The notes under the pieces: generated by a model
Databases searched by the model: none
What the model was told of the DNA's origin: nothing
The model's input: only the letters and a program-made list of their open reading frames with translations
In this document: positions 12,701 through 25,845 of the stretch, in pieces
Position numbering within the stretch: position 1 is the first letter of the stretch
Layout: every line of letters starts with the position of its first letter
Position numbers and translations under genes: made by a program
Assembly (NCBI GenBank): GCA_043228905.1
Contig: JBHGNT010000001.1
Coordinates: 24,552,001 to 24,616,000 of the forward strand
DNA length: 64,000 nucleotides
Origin: Azolla caroliniana
Lineage: Eukaryota; Plantae; Polypodiophyta
Direction: 5' to 3'

Positions 12701-15700
12701 TGCGGTTTTCCATTCGTCCCCTGGCTTGATGCGTACTAGATTGTACGCTCCACACAAATCAACTTTGGAGAAGACACGCGCAACTCGGAGTTGATCAAGG
12801 AGTTCGGGGATTAGAGGGAGAGGATAGCAGTTGCGCACAGTGAGTTTGTTGAGACCTCGGTAGTCAACACATAAGCGTAGAGAGTCGTCCTTCTTCTGCA
12901 CGAATAAAATGGGGGCCTTGGCCGGCGACTTAGAAGGTTGAATAAATCCTTTCTCAAGGTTCTCATCAAGATACACATGAAGGGCCTCCAGCTCTAGTGC
13001 AGACAATGCATATAGAGGACCAAAGGGTGGACACGCACCTTCTTGAAGATCAATCAGACAATCGTAGAGCTAGTGTTTGGGCAAACGATCAACATTACAT
13101 TTTTCAAATACGTCGGAGAAGTGTTGGTATTTGTCAGGAATAACATGGAGCGTGTTAGAAATGGAACCACAAACAACCCCATCCTAGACCGATGGTGGGG
13201 TAGCCGAGTCGGAATCGACCTTCTCTGAAGGATGGGAAACGGAATTGACCTTCATAGTTTTGCGCGAGCATCCTAGCTCGCTAAATGTAATCGAGTGGTT
13301 GCACGAATCCACTATTGGATTGTGTGCCTCCAACCACATTAGTCCTAAGACAATCGGATGTCGAGGAGATGCGATGAGGTAAAAGGTGAGCTCCTCCTGG
13401 TGTGAGCCCACACGAAGCCCTAATGGGATCGTAGCTTGAGTAATTGCACCTGACGAGAGGACGCACCAGTCGATGGCTTCAACGGGAATGGGTTTTGAGA
13501 GGCAAACGATGGGTATGCCATGTGCTTGGGCAAACATGACGACAATGAAGCAAGAAGATGCCCCAGAATCAAGTAAAGCAACAGACTGAATAGTAGTAGA
13601 GTTAAACGAAAGCCATACCTCCAATGTGAAATTTCCTAACGGTCCAGCATTGGAACCAAGAGAATGTGGGTGACGAGAGATGTCTAGTTGCATGGCTCCT
13701 ACTGCAACCAAATGATGTCGTTTTCCGGATGTTGGGGTCCGTTAGCTCGATGGAGTTGTGGGCGATTACTCCTAGGACAATGGCGAATGACATGACCAGA
13801 GGCACCACAATACATGCGCAAGACATTAGCCCACCGAAATTGTTGTTCGGCATCAGTCAATGGCCGAAATTGGGCTTGATCAATTTCCATGGGGATGGGA
13901 GCATCTACCAAAGTAGGGGAGTGTGACACAGTTGGTGGGAGGGATACTTGGGGTTGTACGACTGGGGCGTGTCGTAGAAGTGAATGAGGTGGAACCCAAG
14001 TCCATCGCTCTTCCTTGCGAAATTCGAAAAGATGATTGTCACAATGGACTACTTGTGAAATCGCATGGGATAATGAGGTGGGCTCCGGAAAGTTCAAGAG
14101 AAGATTCTTGACATTGCTTCGAAGGCCCCGCCAAAAGTGATCAGCTAAAGCTTGATCATACTAATTGGCATCGCATGCTAGTTGTCGAAATTCTGAAGCA
14201 TAGACAGAAGCTGCACACGAAGCTTGTTCGAGTGCATAAATCTTGTTAAGGGTTGTACGTCGCCGGTCTGTCTCTCCAAATGTGGCCTCTAACTCGGCGA
14301 GGAAGGTGGGAAATTCCTCCAATAGAGGTGACGAAGTTTCTACCAATGGTGCAAACCAAGCTTGGGCCAGACCGGAGAGAAGGGTGCCCACAAGGCCGAC
14401 TTGTCGAAGACCATCTATATAACATTGAGGTTGTAGCCGAATGATAAGTCGAATTTGGTTGATGAACCCTAGGAAACGCAACCTCGTTCCATCAAATTTT
14501 TCTGGGAGGCTAACCTTAGGCTCAAGAAAATGCGAAGAAACTAGGCCAGATGTTGGTAGAAGATCGAGCTCTAGGCTAGGTTGCGGTGGGAGACTAGGCT
14601 TCGAGGGTTGTGAGGATGGGAGGTACCGACTTGAAGTTCTTGTAATGAATTTCGAAGAGCTTCATTTTCAAGCTGGAGTTGTTGTAAGGCTACCATTATC
14701 TGGCTTAAGTCACTCACTGAGTTAGACATGGTTATGGCTTATGAGAGGGAGAGCTATGAGGATGGGAAGGTGAACAAACTGTCACGAATAGATCATAAGC
14801 TCAAGAGACAAGAAAGAAGATAACCAAATGGATGAATAGTATTAACTGAAAGACTCTGTAACTCGTGTTGTTCACCTTAAATTCCTTCAAGGTGAACGAG
14901 TCAACTATTTATACTACACGGCATGCATACTTGTTGCACGTATGTGAATCTACAATAGAGAATGTAGGTATGCATGCATGTGCCAAGTGTAAATACTACA
15001 AGGGAGCAACTATGCACATGATACTAGCCAAAACAATAAGGACCAATTATATACATAATTGTATACTAGATATGTTGGTTAACCCATAATACTTGATTAT
15101 AACATGGTCACGTCAAGAGTTCGAATCTTGACACTCTGACCCATGCATTTACACTCAACAACTAGTTGACAAGTCCCGGATCTTCCCGATCCTATATGTC
15201 AATGACATGCTGATTGTAGGGAGCAATCAAGCCAAAATCAGAGAGCTAAAGCGGAGCCTTCACGAGAAATTTATGATGAAGGAACTTAGACAAGCCCGAC
15301 ACATACTAGGCATGAGGATCTAGTGAAATCAACACTCTCCAACTCTCCCCGTTCGACTACATCCGAAAGGTGTTGAGGCATTTCAATATGAAGAATTCGA
15401 AGCCAGCACCAATACCGCTCCCGACGTCACTACGACTATCGGACAAAGACTCTCCATCCACAGAAGAGGAGAGAAAGCTAATGAGTAGAATACCCTACGC
15501 ATCGGCCATAGGAATTTTTATGTTGGACAGAAGCACTGGGAGGCTGTAAAGAACATATTCTGGTACCTACGAGGCACCGAAGACATGCGATTGACATTCG
15601 GATCGGATAATCTGACCGAAGTCCAAGGCTTCACAAACTCTGACGACACCGACAATCTAGACAATTGGAAGTCGACATCAGTCTACGTCTTCATCTATGG

Positions 15701-16595
15701 TGGTGGCGCCATATCATGGAGGTTGAAGTTACAAGATTTCACCACACTCTCGACAACAGAGGACGATGACATAGCCGCATCAAAAGTAGCCAAGGAACCC
15801 ATTTGGTTGCACCGACTATCAACTGATTTTTCGGCTAAAGGCCGAACTGACCATTCGGCGCCAACCCTCTATTGTGACTCACAAAGTGCAATACACCTCA
15901 TCAAGAAACCGGTATACCATGCTAAGACGAAGCATATTGAGGTGAGGTACCATCACATTCGGGAGCTCGTCATTGACAAGAAGCTCGAAGTTCGAAAGGT
16001 GGATACAGAGGTGAACATCGCCGACAGCCTGACAAAGCCACTCCTAGATCAACACTTCAACACACTAAGAGAACATATGGAACTACAACAAGAAAGCGAG
16101 CAAAGAAGAGACGAAAGGAAAGCAGAAGATAAGTCAAAGAATGGCACGACCCGAGAAGTCGAACATACGAAGTCAAAGGAACTAGACAACCTGAAGGTTG
16201 AAGATGCAATTAAGTGCGAAGGAACTGAAAAGCGATCAACGATCCATCAGAAATCATGGGAAACAATGCACACAAAATAGCAACAATCTTGAGACGAAAG
16301 GTCAAATCGAGTACCATCCGATTCGAACATCAACCGACTCAGCATGCATCCAAACAAGCCGACTTTATCTCCGCCGAATCGGCCACCAACTAATTAGCTT
16401 GTAACATACATTATAGTTGTAATTTAAGCTTATGGGGGAGATAACCCCATATCATTGTATGTAGACAGAGTAATCCTTTTACAGGGAAGTTTGTTGGGAT
16501 AAAAGTCCCACTCCGCCCACCTTGTATCTCTAGTGTGAACACATAGTTAACCTAACTATATAAGTGGGTTACTTACCTTGTAAAGTATTCTTTGA

Positions 16596-16642
<47 letters not shown>

Positions 16643-16766
16643 TGTTCATTTTCATCCTCTTGAATCCTGTACATAGTGCACACCCATATCTTGAATCATT
16701 GTTTCTGTTGTTTGTTAGACTCACTAACAAGTCCTTAATCTCGCTTCCGCACCAACGACTACAACA
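9724..16766 (+). mobile_element. Degenerate Ty1/copia element (integrase, RT, RNase H, 3' LTR), interrupted by a chromovirus
   Basis: FTTFVDDCTRKVW, QNGMAERINRT, QLDIKMAFLHGDLEE, LYCDSQSAIHL...HAKTKHIEVRYH; purine tract then tgttggg at 16492 to caaca at 16766. Confidence 0.9.
11598..15133 (-). mobile_element. Tf1/sushi-type (Tcn1-like) gypsy element; integrase and most of the 3' LTR deleted
   Basis: TSD ctccg/ctctg (11593-11597, 15134-15138); 5' LTR 14780-15133; 24-bp remnant of the second LTR end at 11598-11621; gag EPKVSLPEKFDG, protease [18 protein letters not shown], RNase H ETDVSDFAIGAIL. Confidence 0.9.
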
Positions 16767-17208
16767 TATTTACTATTTCTAGGTTGATAGAGGGAAAATA
16801 CCTCTTGAATGCTATGTTCCAAAGCAAAAAGGACTCATCAAAGATGGGAAAAATAAGTTGTAATGGCAGCAAGTACTAGAGATTACCTTTGTTTGGCGAG
16901 TTTTTGGCAAATAGCACACGCAAAGAGGGGCAAAGACAAAAAAACAAATGATTCCTGCCACAAACGAGGTCTTTCACCAAGCACTTCGCTCTGGTACCAC
17001 TGTTGGAGAAGGAGAAGTGGTCGAGGAGTTGTTTTCTGTTGTTTTCTTGCATAGAAGAAGATGAACAACACAAAGGGAAAAAATGCATAGAAAAAGGTAC
17101 ACACGAAATGTTTTTTGCGGGTGCTTAAAAGCTTCTTCAATATTAACTTATATACCTAGCGATAAATAATGAGAATTACCTTTTCGGCCTTTCTCACTAT
17201 GTATCAGA

Positions 17209-17462
17209 TGTCGTGTAAAACCAAAGTAGAACCAACAAGAAGATTAAGTTATACCTCTCTAATGTTGACCACGACACAATGTTATTAGTTGTTGACTCAA
17301 ATCAACCATATTTGTCAAGTTGTCAACTAAAATCAGACACCTCGACTCAAATTAGTGACATGTTGGAAGTTGTGTAAAACCAAAGTAGAACCAAAAAGAA
17401 GATTAAGTTATACCTCTCCAATGCCCATTACGACACAATATTACTAGTTGTCGACTCGAAAT
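17209..17462 (+). repeat. Direct duplication of about 90 bp with a period of about 160 bp
   Basis: tgtaaaaccaaagtagaaccaa.aagaagattaagttatacctct occurs at about 17214 and 17374. Confidence 0.7.
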
Positions 17463-18180
17463 CTCAAGCATTATACTACCAAAACTAGGATCGCAATGAT
17501 GTGATGTGATAGGAAGCGCCAAGTCAAGAAGTCACTTGGTAGATTAATCCATAATTAGCAAAACTTCTACTTCAATGGCACACTTTGGAGTAAGGATGTT
17601 CATGTTGATTGTCAAATCATCTTGGTGACGTCGACAATACTTGACCAACTGACTAGTGTTGTCGATAAAGGTCGATGCAACATGGTTCACCTCTTTTACC
17701 TAGTTCCACGATTGTCAGATTTCCTATATCTCTAAGCTTTGTCATTCTTAGCCTTTAAGGCTCAACTTTTAGATTTGATGAGTTCGGGATTCTTGTAGTA
17801 ATTGCAAGGTCAAAAGTCTTATGACTTACTTCGGTTTCTTGGATTGATTTGGCCTCGAGATGAGTTCTACATCATACTCTTCTATATTATGCTTCTCACT
17901 ATCAAGCGAGTCTGACGTGGATTGCAACCAGATCAAAAGGCATGAAGGACCACTTTTTCGAAAACAAGCTTTCTGGCTAATTGGGGTTTTGACTCCAAGT
18001 CTTGTAGTATTGCCACGAAGTTTGTCGTGACGTAGCCAAATGACAATTTTTGTGATAAGTAAGTCAGGACTCTAGTCAAAGAGAGCACCATGAGGGGAAG
18101 TGATCAGGCAAACTCTACAACATAACATAGCTCAAATGGTAATAGAGAGAGAGAGAGAGAGGGAGGGAGGGAGAGAGAGA

Positions 18181-19771
18181 TTATATTATCGTCTTCAAAG
18201 GTCAAATATGACCTATGAGACCAAAAATATTACATTTCACGTGATACGTGTGAAGGTGAGTAGTGACTCTCGATGTTCAAGAACTTTACCAATGAATGTT
18301 GCAATTGAGAGTGCACATCGTGGTTGTGAGAGAAATTCGTGCAAGGATTGGGCTCGATCGAAGATATGTGGAAAGCATGGTCGAATATGATCAAAGGCAG
18401 AGCATTGTATCAAAGTGTGATACTCAGACTCTCGAACTTGTTTAGGGCAAAGTGTGCATAGTCGCCCACTCTCATTACTTATGCCCCAACGCCCCGTCTC
18501 ACATCTCAATGCATGCGAGCTAAGTCGCATGGAAGCAATGGTTCGAATGGCAGATATCGGGATGGGCTCTAACATGTATCGATGTGTACGGCTTCCCCAT
18601 TCCACGAAGAATATGGTTTTGTAGTTAGGTGCAACATTTGTAGTATAATTTGTGAAGCGTGAGCCACCACATTTGTCCCATGTCATGATACATTGGTGTT
18701 GCAAAAAGGCCTCATTTACAGAGGAATCTAGTGACGCATCATGAAGCAAGTGTCTTGCATGCCATCTACCAAACCATTTTTCTAAATCTTGCATCCAACC
18801 GGAACACAAAATTTTGCTTTTATGCGTCTTTTGGATCTTTTTGCTTGCTTCCCATGCAATTCTAGGAAGTCGATGTGAGGGGCTTTTTTGAACCTTAAGC
18901 ATGTATTCAACAACCCTTTCCATGGCCATGATCTTAATGGGAAGCGATCCCGTCTCAAGGAGGAGGAGGGTGTAGGGCGTTTGTTTCTTAACTTGTAGAA
19001 ACTTTGTAAGAAAATGTTTTTGGACATTTTCAAACTCTTTCCACGTAGATTTAGGTATGCTACCACCCCATACTTCCACCCCATAGAGAAGAACCGGGGT
19101 CACCAAAGTGTCAAAAAGATATTTCTTGAGGACCCAACACTTAATATCTCCAAGATCGCATGTGTTCTCAAATGCATAATATGCTCGCTTACCCACCTCT
19201 AAATGGCGTGTAGCACATTCATTCCATTTATGATTTGAAGGAACTTCAAGACCAAGATATTTGAAGCTTTCCACACATTCAAGTGGGTCATTGTTGTACA
19301 TAATGCATAGTTTATTTCTTTTTTGACTCTTCACAAGCATAATCTTTGTTATAGAGTTATTGACACTTAATCTAGTATGCATGCAAAATTTTCCAATGCC
19401 TTCATAAGCTTTTGTGCATCTCCTGAAGTATTTGCAAAAAGCACTACATCATCTGCATATAACAAAAGCATAATCACAACATTCCCAATGGCAACTTCTT
19501 CAACACATTCTTCCTTTACAAACTTGGTAACCATTTCTTCTAATTCATCAATGCATAGACCAAATAATGTTGGTGAGAGTGGGCATCATTGCTTAACACC
19601 AATAGTGCTATTGAAAAAAATCTGAAAGTCTATCTCTCATACGCACACAACATATAACCTTCTCATATATTCGAGAAGTTGCAAGCATATATTCACTTGA
19701 CACCTCAAGTTCTTCCATCCGCCTCCAAAGATGCTCACGAGGTACCATATCAAAAGCTTTCTTGAAGTCTA
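18181..19771 (-). mobile_element. Non-LTR retrotransposon (RTE-X/L2-like LINE), 3' part: RT C-terminus and C-terminal zinc finger
   Basis: LLLYADDVVL at about 19440-19470, VESFKYLG, RLCTLC...ESEYHTLIQC; 3' end abuts (GA)n at 18145-18180. Confidence 0.9.
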
Positions 19772-20288
19772 TGTTGTCCGTCGGAATAGTAACCGACAGA
19801 CAAGAGCGCAGTAATATGGAATAGAGTAATATTGTAACGCATGTAAACGGTTCACTCGGGAAGCGTGAACGGCTAAAAGACCCTGCGTATATAAAGGGCA
19901 GAAAACCTCTGATAGAGGTAGCGTGTAATTTTGAATGTAAAAGGCGTATCTTAATAGAGTTAACATCGGGTCATTTGAAACAGGTAATATGTCGCATTAT
20001 GAGAACACTACGTCGAAAAAGGGCACAAAAGCACGCAGTTTTCAAAAAGACACGACGCATGCGTAAAGCTTTTCAGAAAAGGTGGCAAAATATATTGAAT
20101 TTCAACATGACTACCACTTTGAGTCATAAGTAAAATGCCTCCAAAAATACATCACCAAAATTACAAAATAATGTACAACATGTCTACCAGTTACAATTAT
20201 ACATATTCGTGAGTTTACATCCAAAACAAATTTACAAAGTTTCCGATCATGTAGTAAAACAATCCCCAGCTTGAACCAAACCAATATA

Positions 20289-22961
20289 TTAAGACATGTC
20301 TGATGGACTAGAAGAGCCTTCTGACGTCTCATCCTCATCATCTGTGGCAATCAAAGCATTATCCTCATCCAATTCCAACCCAACATCTTTGTGGTTATGA
20401 GAATTGCTTCTGGTTATTCTCTGTATTTCGTTTGACACCATGTTTGGGATTTTCTCCTTTATTATCTTGATAGTTGCTTGTCTTAGATGACCTGATTTTG
20501 TCAATGAGAAGTCATATACTAGTATGTCAACACGGTCTAATGCGAGAGTAGCCATGCTCGGTATATTCTTTCTTCTTCTCTTTCTGCTTGAACATCCGAC
20601 ATCCTTAACCATCTCTAAAGAATACTTTCATGTAAATGCATCAGTTGAATTTGTCTGATACCAATGGACTACTATTGACTTTGTCTGACTACTTTCTTCA
20701 TCCCTTACTAATTCAATAATTTTTGCAATAAAAAATGGATGGCCCAAGGTATCGTCCCCTGCTAATGTTGCAACCAACATTCCCACTTGTAGTTCTTGCA
20801 AATTACCTTGCCATCTTGCCTCAACAGTACGTGACTTTCTTGGTCCCACATAAATATCTCTTTGCAGTGGCCGAACTAAATCATGAAGCTCCATATTATT
20901 CGATTGTTGGTGATGAGTCTGCGATATCGTTGATGTCATCCCAATGTTCCATGTGAATGGGATACGGATTGGCCATAAACCGGCGATGTAATTATCTAAA
21001 ATGGTGCGTTGATGGGTGAAGAAAATCTCCCACCATTCAACATCCTCATCACCGGCATACTTCTTAGTCCGATCAATATTATTTTGTTTCTCTGCTAGAC
21101 ATCTCAACCAATATGCCCTTTGTTCATCAATAGTACTATTTGGTGCTACATTTTTACGATCATCATATGGCATTTGTTGTGCACCATGTAGAGGTTCATC
21201 TGGGATATGAAGAAGGAGCCTACAACCTTCTTGGGGCTCCCATTGTGCACTAGATGAGTATTGTTTCGCAAACAACACCGTCATCTTCAGGTGGGCCGAT
21301 CTTTGTTTTATGAGGAAGACATGGTTCAAACTTATATTATTAAGAGGTGCAAGCACCCTACCTTTAGTCCCGTCACTATCCATGCAGAAACGTTTAAAGT
21401 CGTATACTTCTTCCAAGTGTTGTACTTCAAGCTTTGGTGTATATGCTTCACTAATCAATTTGGATAGCGTGGGAAGTGTGAAAGCATTACAGCGAGCAAG
21501 TTTCTTTGAGAACCTACTGAACATTTGATCTATGTGATCATGGGTATGACCAACCAACAAGAAGTTAACCTTTATCTTTTTAAATATGCCCCTCTCTACT
21601 AGCATGCTTAGATAGCCGAAGACAGTTGAGTTCTTATTCTCTCTTGCTGTGTTGTCTAGTTGCACATATAGAACTGGCGGGAGTATACCTGACCATGATT
21701 GCAATACCTTGTGCATGACAGTGACAGTAAGATTAGGGTCGTTGTGGATATTGGGATAAGTTAAGAACACTTGTAGTCTTATAGTTTGACAGTATGTCAA
21801 ACAACCCACTAGATGCATTTGCACGAGACACTCATCTCCAATATCCTTGGGGAGTCTTTGAAAATGCGGCAAACAAGTTTTCTTTTGATCCATGCCGTCA
21901 ATAATCATGCACATATACTTTTCAGGAGATTGAAACGCTTTTTGTCGATGATGCATAGCCTTAGTACGTTCCAATGCCTGACTTTCACGATGTTCTTTTA
22001 ACAGGTTCTTGTAATTCTTGATCTCTACATCTGATTTTCCACCCTTGGCCATACTTTTTAAACTCGCACATATTGAGCAGACTCCCATTCGCACCTTTCG
22101 TGGGATAACCACGTTATTAAATTGTAACCTCCATAGTCGATTAAAATGCCTGTACTGTATGTAAGGCTCAACATCGGAAGACATGTCGTCCTTGTACGAT
22201 TGGTAAACTTCCCTTCGAGTAAAGTTATCTGACAAATGAAGTCTTCCTGTCGTTGGCATAACTTCGCACTGTTTTGAAAAATATACCTCCATCCACCTAA
22301 TTGCCTGTTGCCCAATTTGACCCTTACATCCAGAACCATTTTGATCGAACTGTACCCAGGAGCCCTTCACAAGTCGCTCTTGAACTCGTTGCAGCCGCAT
22401 ATTTCCAATGCTATGAGTGATTTTAAAAGCTGCTCGACAACACTTGGTATATAGTCCAAGGAAATATTCAACTTGCGTTGAATTAGGCCCTGCTTTGTGA
22501 TCCAATTTAAGTTGCATATGCGCAATAAGAAATGTATCTTGCTCTTCCCCATTAAGCGACAAGTATTTTTGTCGTGTTTCACGTAACCTTGACTTTCCAT
22601 AAGTTGATAGACAAAGATTCGCACAACACGATTTGTTCAAGTCGCATAGAAGTTGACGATCAGAACATAAGAAATTAAATCTCTTTTCACTAACTTGTCG
22701 AGGAACTCTTTTAAATGCTAGAGGTTTAGTAATGCTATTGTTATCTATCGACGAAGAATCGTCCGCTTGTAGGCTTGCATGAAGAGGGCCATCAACAGGA
22801 TCAATTGAAAACAGAGAATTCGAAGTACTAGGAGCCACACTTTTCTGTTTAAGCCGCGAATGTTTTTTGTGGTCATACTCTTCTATTGAGAAATACGAGT
22901 TATCTGTCAATGAAAAGGGGGCAATAGAAAAAAGAGATGTTCTACTTGTAGAAGAAGACAT
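20289..22961 (-). pseudogene. Sola-like DDD transposase, about 890 codons with one in-frame stop (TGA at 20628-20630)
   Basis: CSIC...H zinc-finger-like motif, then IIDGMDQKKT, LYVQLDNTARENKN and FLLVGHTHDHIDQMFSRFS; ORF 20289-20612 continues in the same frame past the TGA. Confidence 0.8.
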
Positions 22962-23410
22962 TTGAGGGAGTCTAACTGTATTCTAAAACCTTCTTTCATG
23001 AAAATTAAGGAATGCTAAAGCCTAACTATATAACTACCCGAACACTTAGATTAACTATATTATTTTCCGAAATTTTCCTAAAAAACAAATAATTAAAAAT
23101 TATTTTTTATTTTAAAAAGAATGCTAAAGTCTTCTATATAAGGAGGTTAGAAATTTCATTTTCATTATCACGTGAAAGAATCCATTGAGCTCAGAGCACA
23201 GGCCAATTTTCGAGCACTCAGAAGCACATCTTGGACAGCACTACCTCCGGCACGAACCATGAACAAGGGAAAGAAAATCGTCAGGTTAGTAATATTCATT
23301 ACATTTTTTAAGATTCCTAAAGATTCCTTAAAGATTCCTTTCCTCAACACATAGAAATTTTATTTTATTTTGTACAACGAACTTGGAAAGCAATTCTGAA
23401 AGCCAGGACC

Positions 23411-23521
23411 TTCAACCAAAATCCGGTGCAGTGCATCGGATTTCGGTTGAAAGGCTTGATTTCGGTTGAAAGGTCTTGCCTTCAACCAAAATCCGATGCA
23501 TTGCATCGGATTTTGGTTGAA
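23411..23521. repeat. Two 41-bp palindromes in intron 1 of the ParB-MTase gene
   Basis: 23411-23451 has 2 mismatches; 23481-23521 is perfect (ttcaaccaaaatccgatgca-t-tgcatcggattttggttgaa); an extra half-site lies between them. Confidence 0.9.
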
Positions 23522-25845
23522 AAATATGTTGTTTTTGCGATAAAAAACTATCGCATGGGACCATAAAATTGACGTAATTTATATGATAATTTGCGTGATT
23601 TAGATGAAATTGTACGTTGTTTCTATGTTTTCACCAACGTTTTTAATTTCAGTGAACCTAGACAAAAAGTTCCTTCATTTAGATTGAAGATTCGATCTCC
23701 GACAAAACGAGATTCTGGCTCCTTCATGAAGGACACGAGTAAAAAGAATTTATTTGACTCAACGGGGGAAGGAGGATCCAAGTCATCTGTGGCTACTACC
23801 AAAATCAACAAAGGTAGTACGCAAGAGGAGAAAACGGTTGACGTGAAATATAAGGATTACCCCGAACTTGAATGGTGTCTCTCTTATGTCGAGGAGGATG
23901 GGGTGCTGTTATTGATAACGGCAAAATCGGACGGGGAAGGGAAACTTCAGCTTGGAAAAACATTTAATTACGGGCATGTAACCAAGCTAGAGTACGAAGA
24001 CATTGATTCTACATGTATTTTAATCGACGTCTCGAGCTCAGTTGGCGACAGGCGATTGCGACTTGATGAGGGAAACCTAGTACCCGAATCTTGCAATCCC
24101 AAGGCTTTGCATAAAGACCTGCAAACGAAAAATAACTTGTTGGTAGCTCTTCGGTCGTACGTGACAGGAGAGATGATGACCGGTGAAGCAGAAACTCCAC
24201 CGGTCAAAAATCCTGTTCAAAAGAAATATACTAAACGACCACGACCCGAAGAAGAAGAAGAAGAAATATTAGAGTTCGTGGAAGAAGAAGACGACCAACA
24301 AGTCGACGTCGTGGCTCCAGGCGGACAACTATCTTCTGGTGTCCTGACGTCAGAACAAAATAAAATAAGAGAAAATATTGTGAAGACTAAACTTGTGCGC
24401 AGGGGCCAGCTATTTCATTTGCCCATTACTTCTATCCAAAGGCCCCCCATTGACCCCGTGACTGGAAGACGTCCCTTGTAAATTAGGGAGCCGCACTCCG
24501 TCCATGTCCAAAACCTGAAAAGCAAAATGAAAATCAATCCTCACGCTACTGTGGTGCCATTTTTGGTAATGGTTGATCAAGAATAATGCCCAATAGTAGC
24601 AGATTTTAAGTATAGCTCTGCAGACGATTATACATACTATGTAATTGGAGGATCACATTCGGCCGAAGCTCGACGACAGCTTGTCAAAGAATATCCTCTC
24701 ACGTCGTTCTTCAAATACGTCGAATGTAAGGTATATGCAGGACTAACTCACGAGGAGGCGAAGCTGCTCGCATGGGACCATAACAATGACAACGATTATA
24801 GGCAAAAGATGTCATGTATAGAGAGGATAAGATTTTTTCATCATGAATACCTCGATGCCTTGAATCGTTTTGGTCCAAGATTGTGGCCTGGATTGCGACG
24901 CCAGTGTTTATTGGAAGTAGGGATTGCAGTGGATGAGAGTACGAAATCCGAAGGTCTCCGAAAATATGATTCTTGGTTTCAACTAGCTTTTCGGACCGGA
25001 GAGGTGTGGGATCTCCAAGACAAAATATTCTCTATGTGGGAGCGGAAAGAAGTCAAGGGGCAAAGATCAAAAAAGGGAAGAATTGATCCACAAGTTGAGA
25101 TGAAATCAAAGACCAAGGGAAAAAGCGACTTCGTAATCGAGGAGTTACCAGAGGACATGAAACTTTTACCTTGGAGATCATTACAAGGTATCAAAGATGA
25201 TAGATTGTTAATATCCGTGCTATCTCGAGTGGTCACCAAGGAATTTAGTTTGGACGAGATGGTAACAGACTTGCAAAAGTAAGTGTTTATAGTATACCTT
25301 TTCATGAAAGTCTTCAATTATTTTGAATATCTTATTTCTAATTTCATATTGATTGTGCAGTCACAAGGTATACATGAAGATTCAGGAGTTGATGATGCAA
25401 AAACTGAGTTTACCGACATGGGAAGAAGTTGAACAAGCCTGCCCAATAACTTCTTCCTACAAGGCATTGGAGGAATATTTTATTGTATTTAGAGAATGGG
25501 TATGTGTCTTTTGAATGTTGATATGTTAGAAAGTAATGTTCCCTGCTAACAACAATGACACTTGCAGAAACCATCAAAATCGAAAAAGAACAACGACAAT
25601 AATGACGATATTCCAGCGGCCTTCATCACGCACTTAGAACGTGCGAAATATGAGAAGAGAATGACCAAAGGGAAGGAAATGGAACTGCCCGAGGATTCGG
25701 AGACTGTAAAGAGTTTTTTGCATAGGTCCGATCCTTTCAAACAGCTTCATTATAGTGTTTTCAATGGCGAAGTACCCAGATGATCGAACTGTTATCGAGA
25801 AGGCACTACACTTTGCTGATAGCTGACATACCATATGGTTTCCGT

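Noticed and set aside
17470-18130. Possible old retroelement remnant
   Set aside because: The composition is suggestive, but no motif could be read with confidence.
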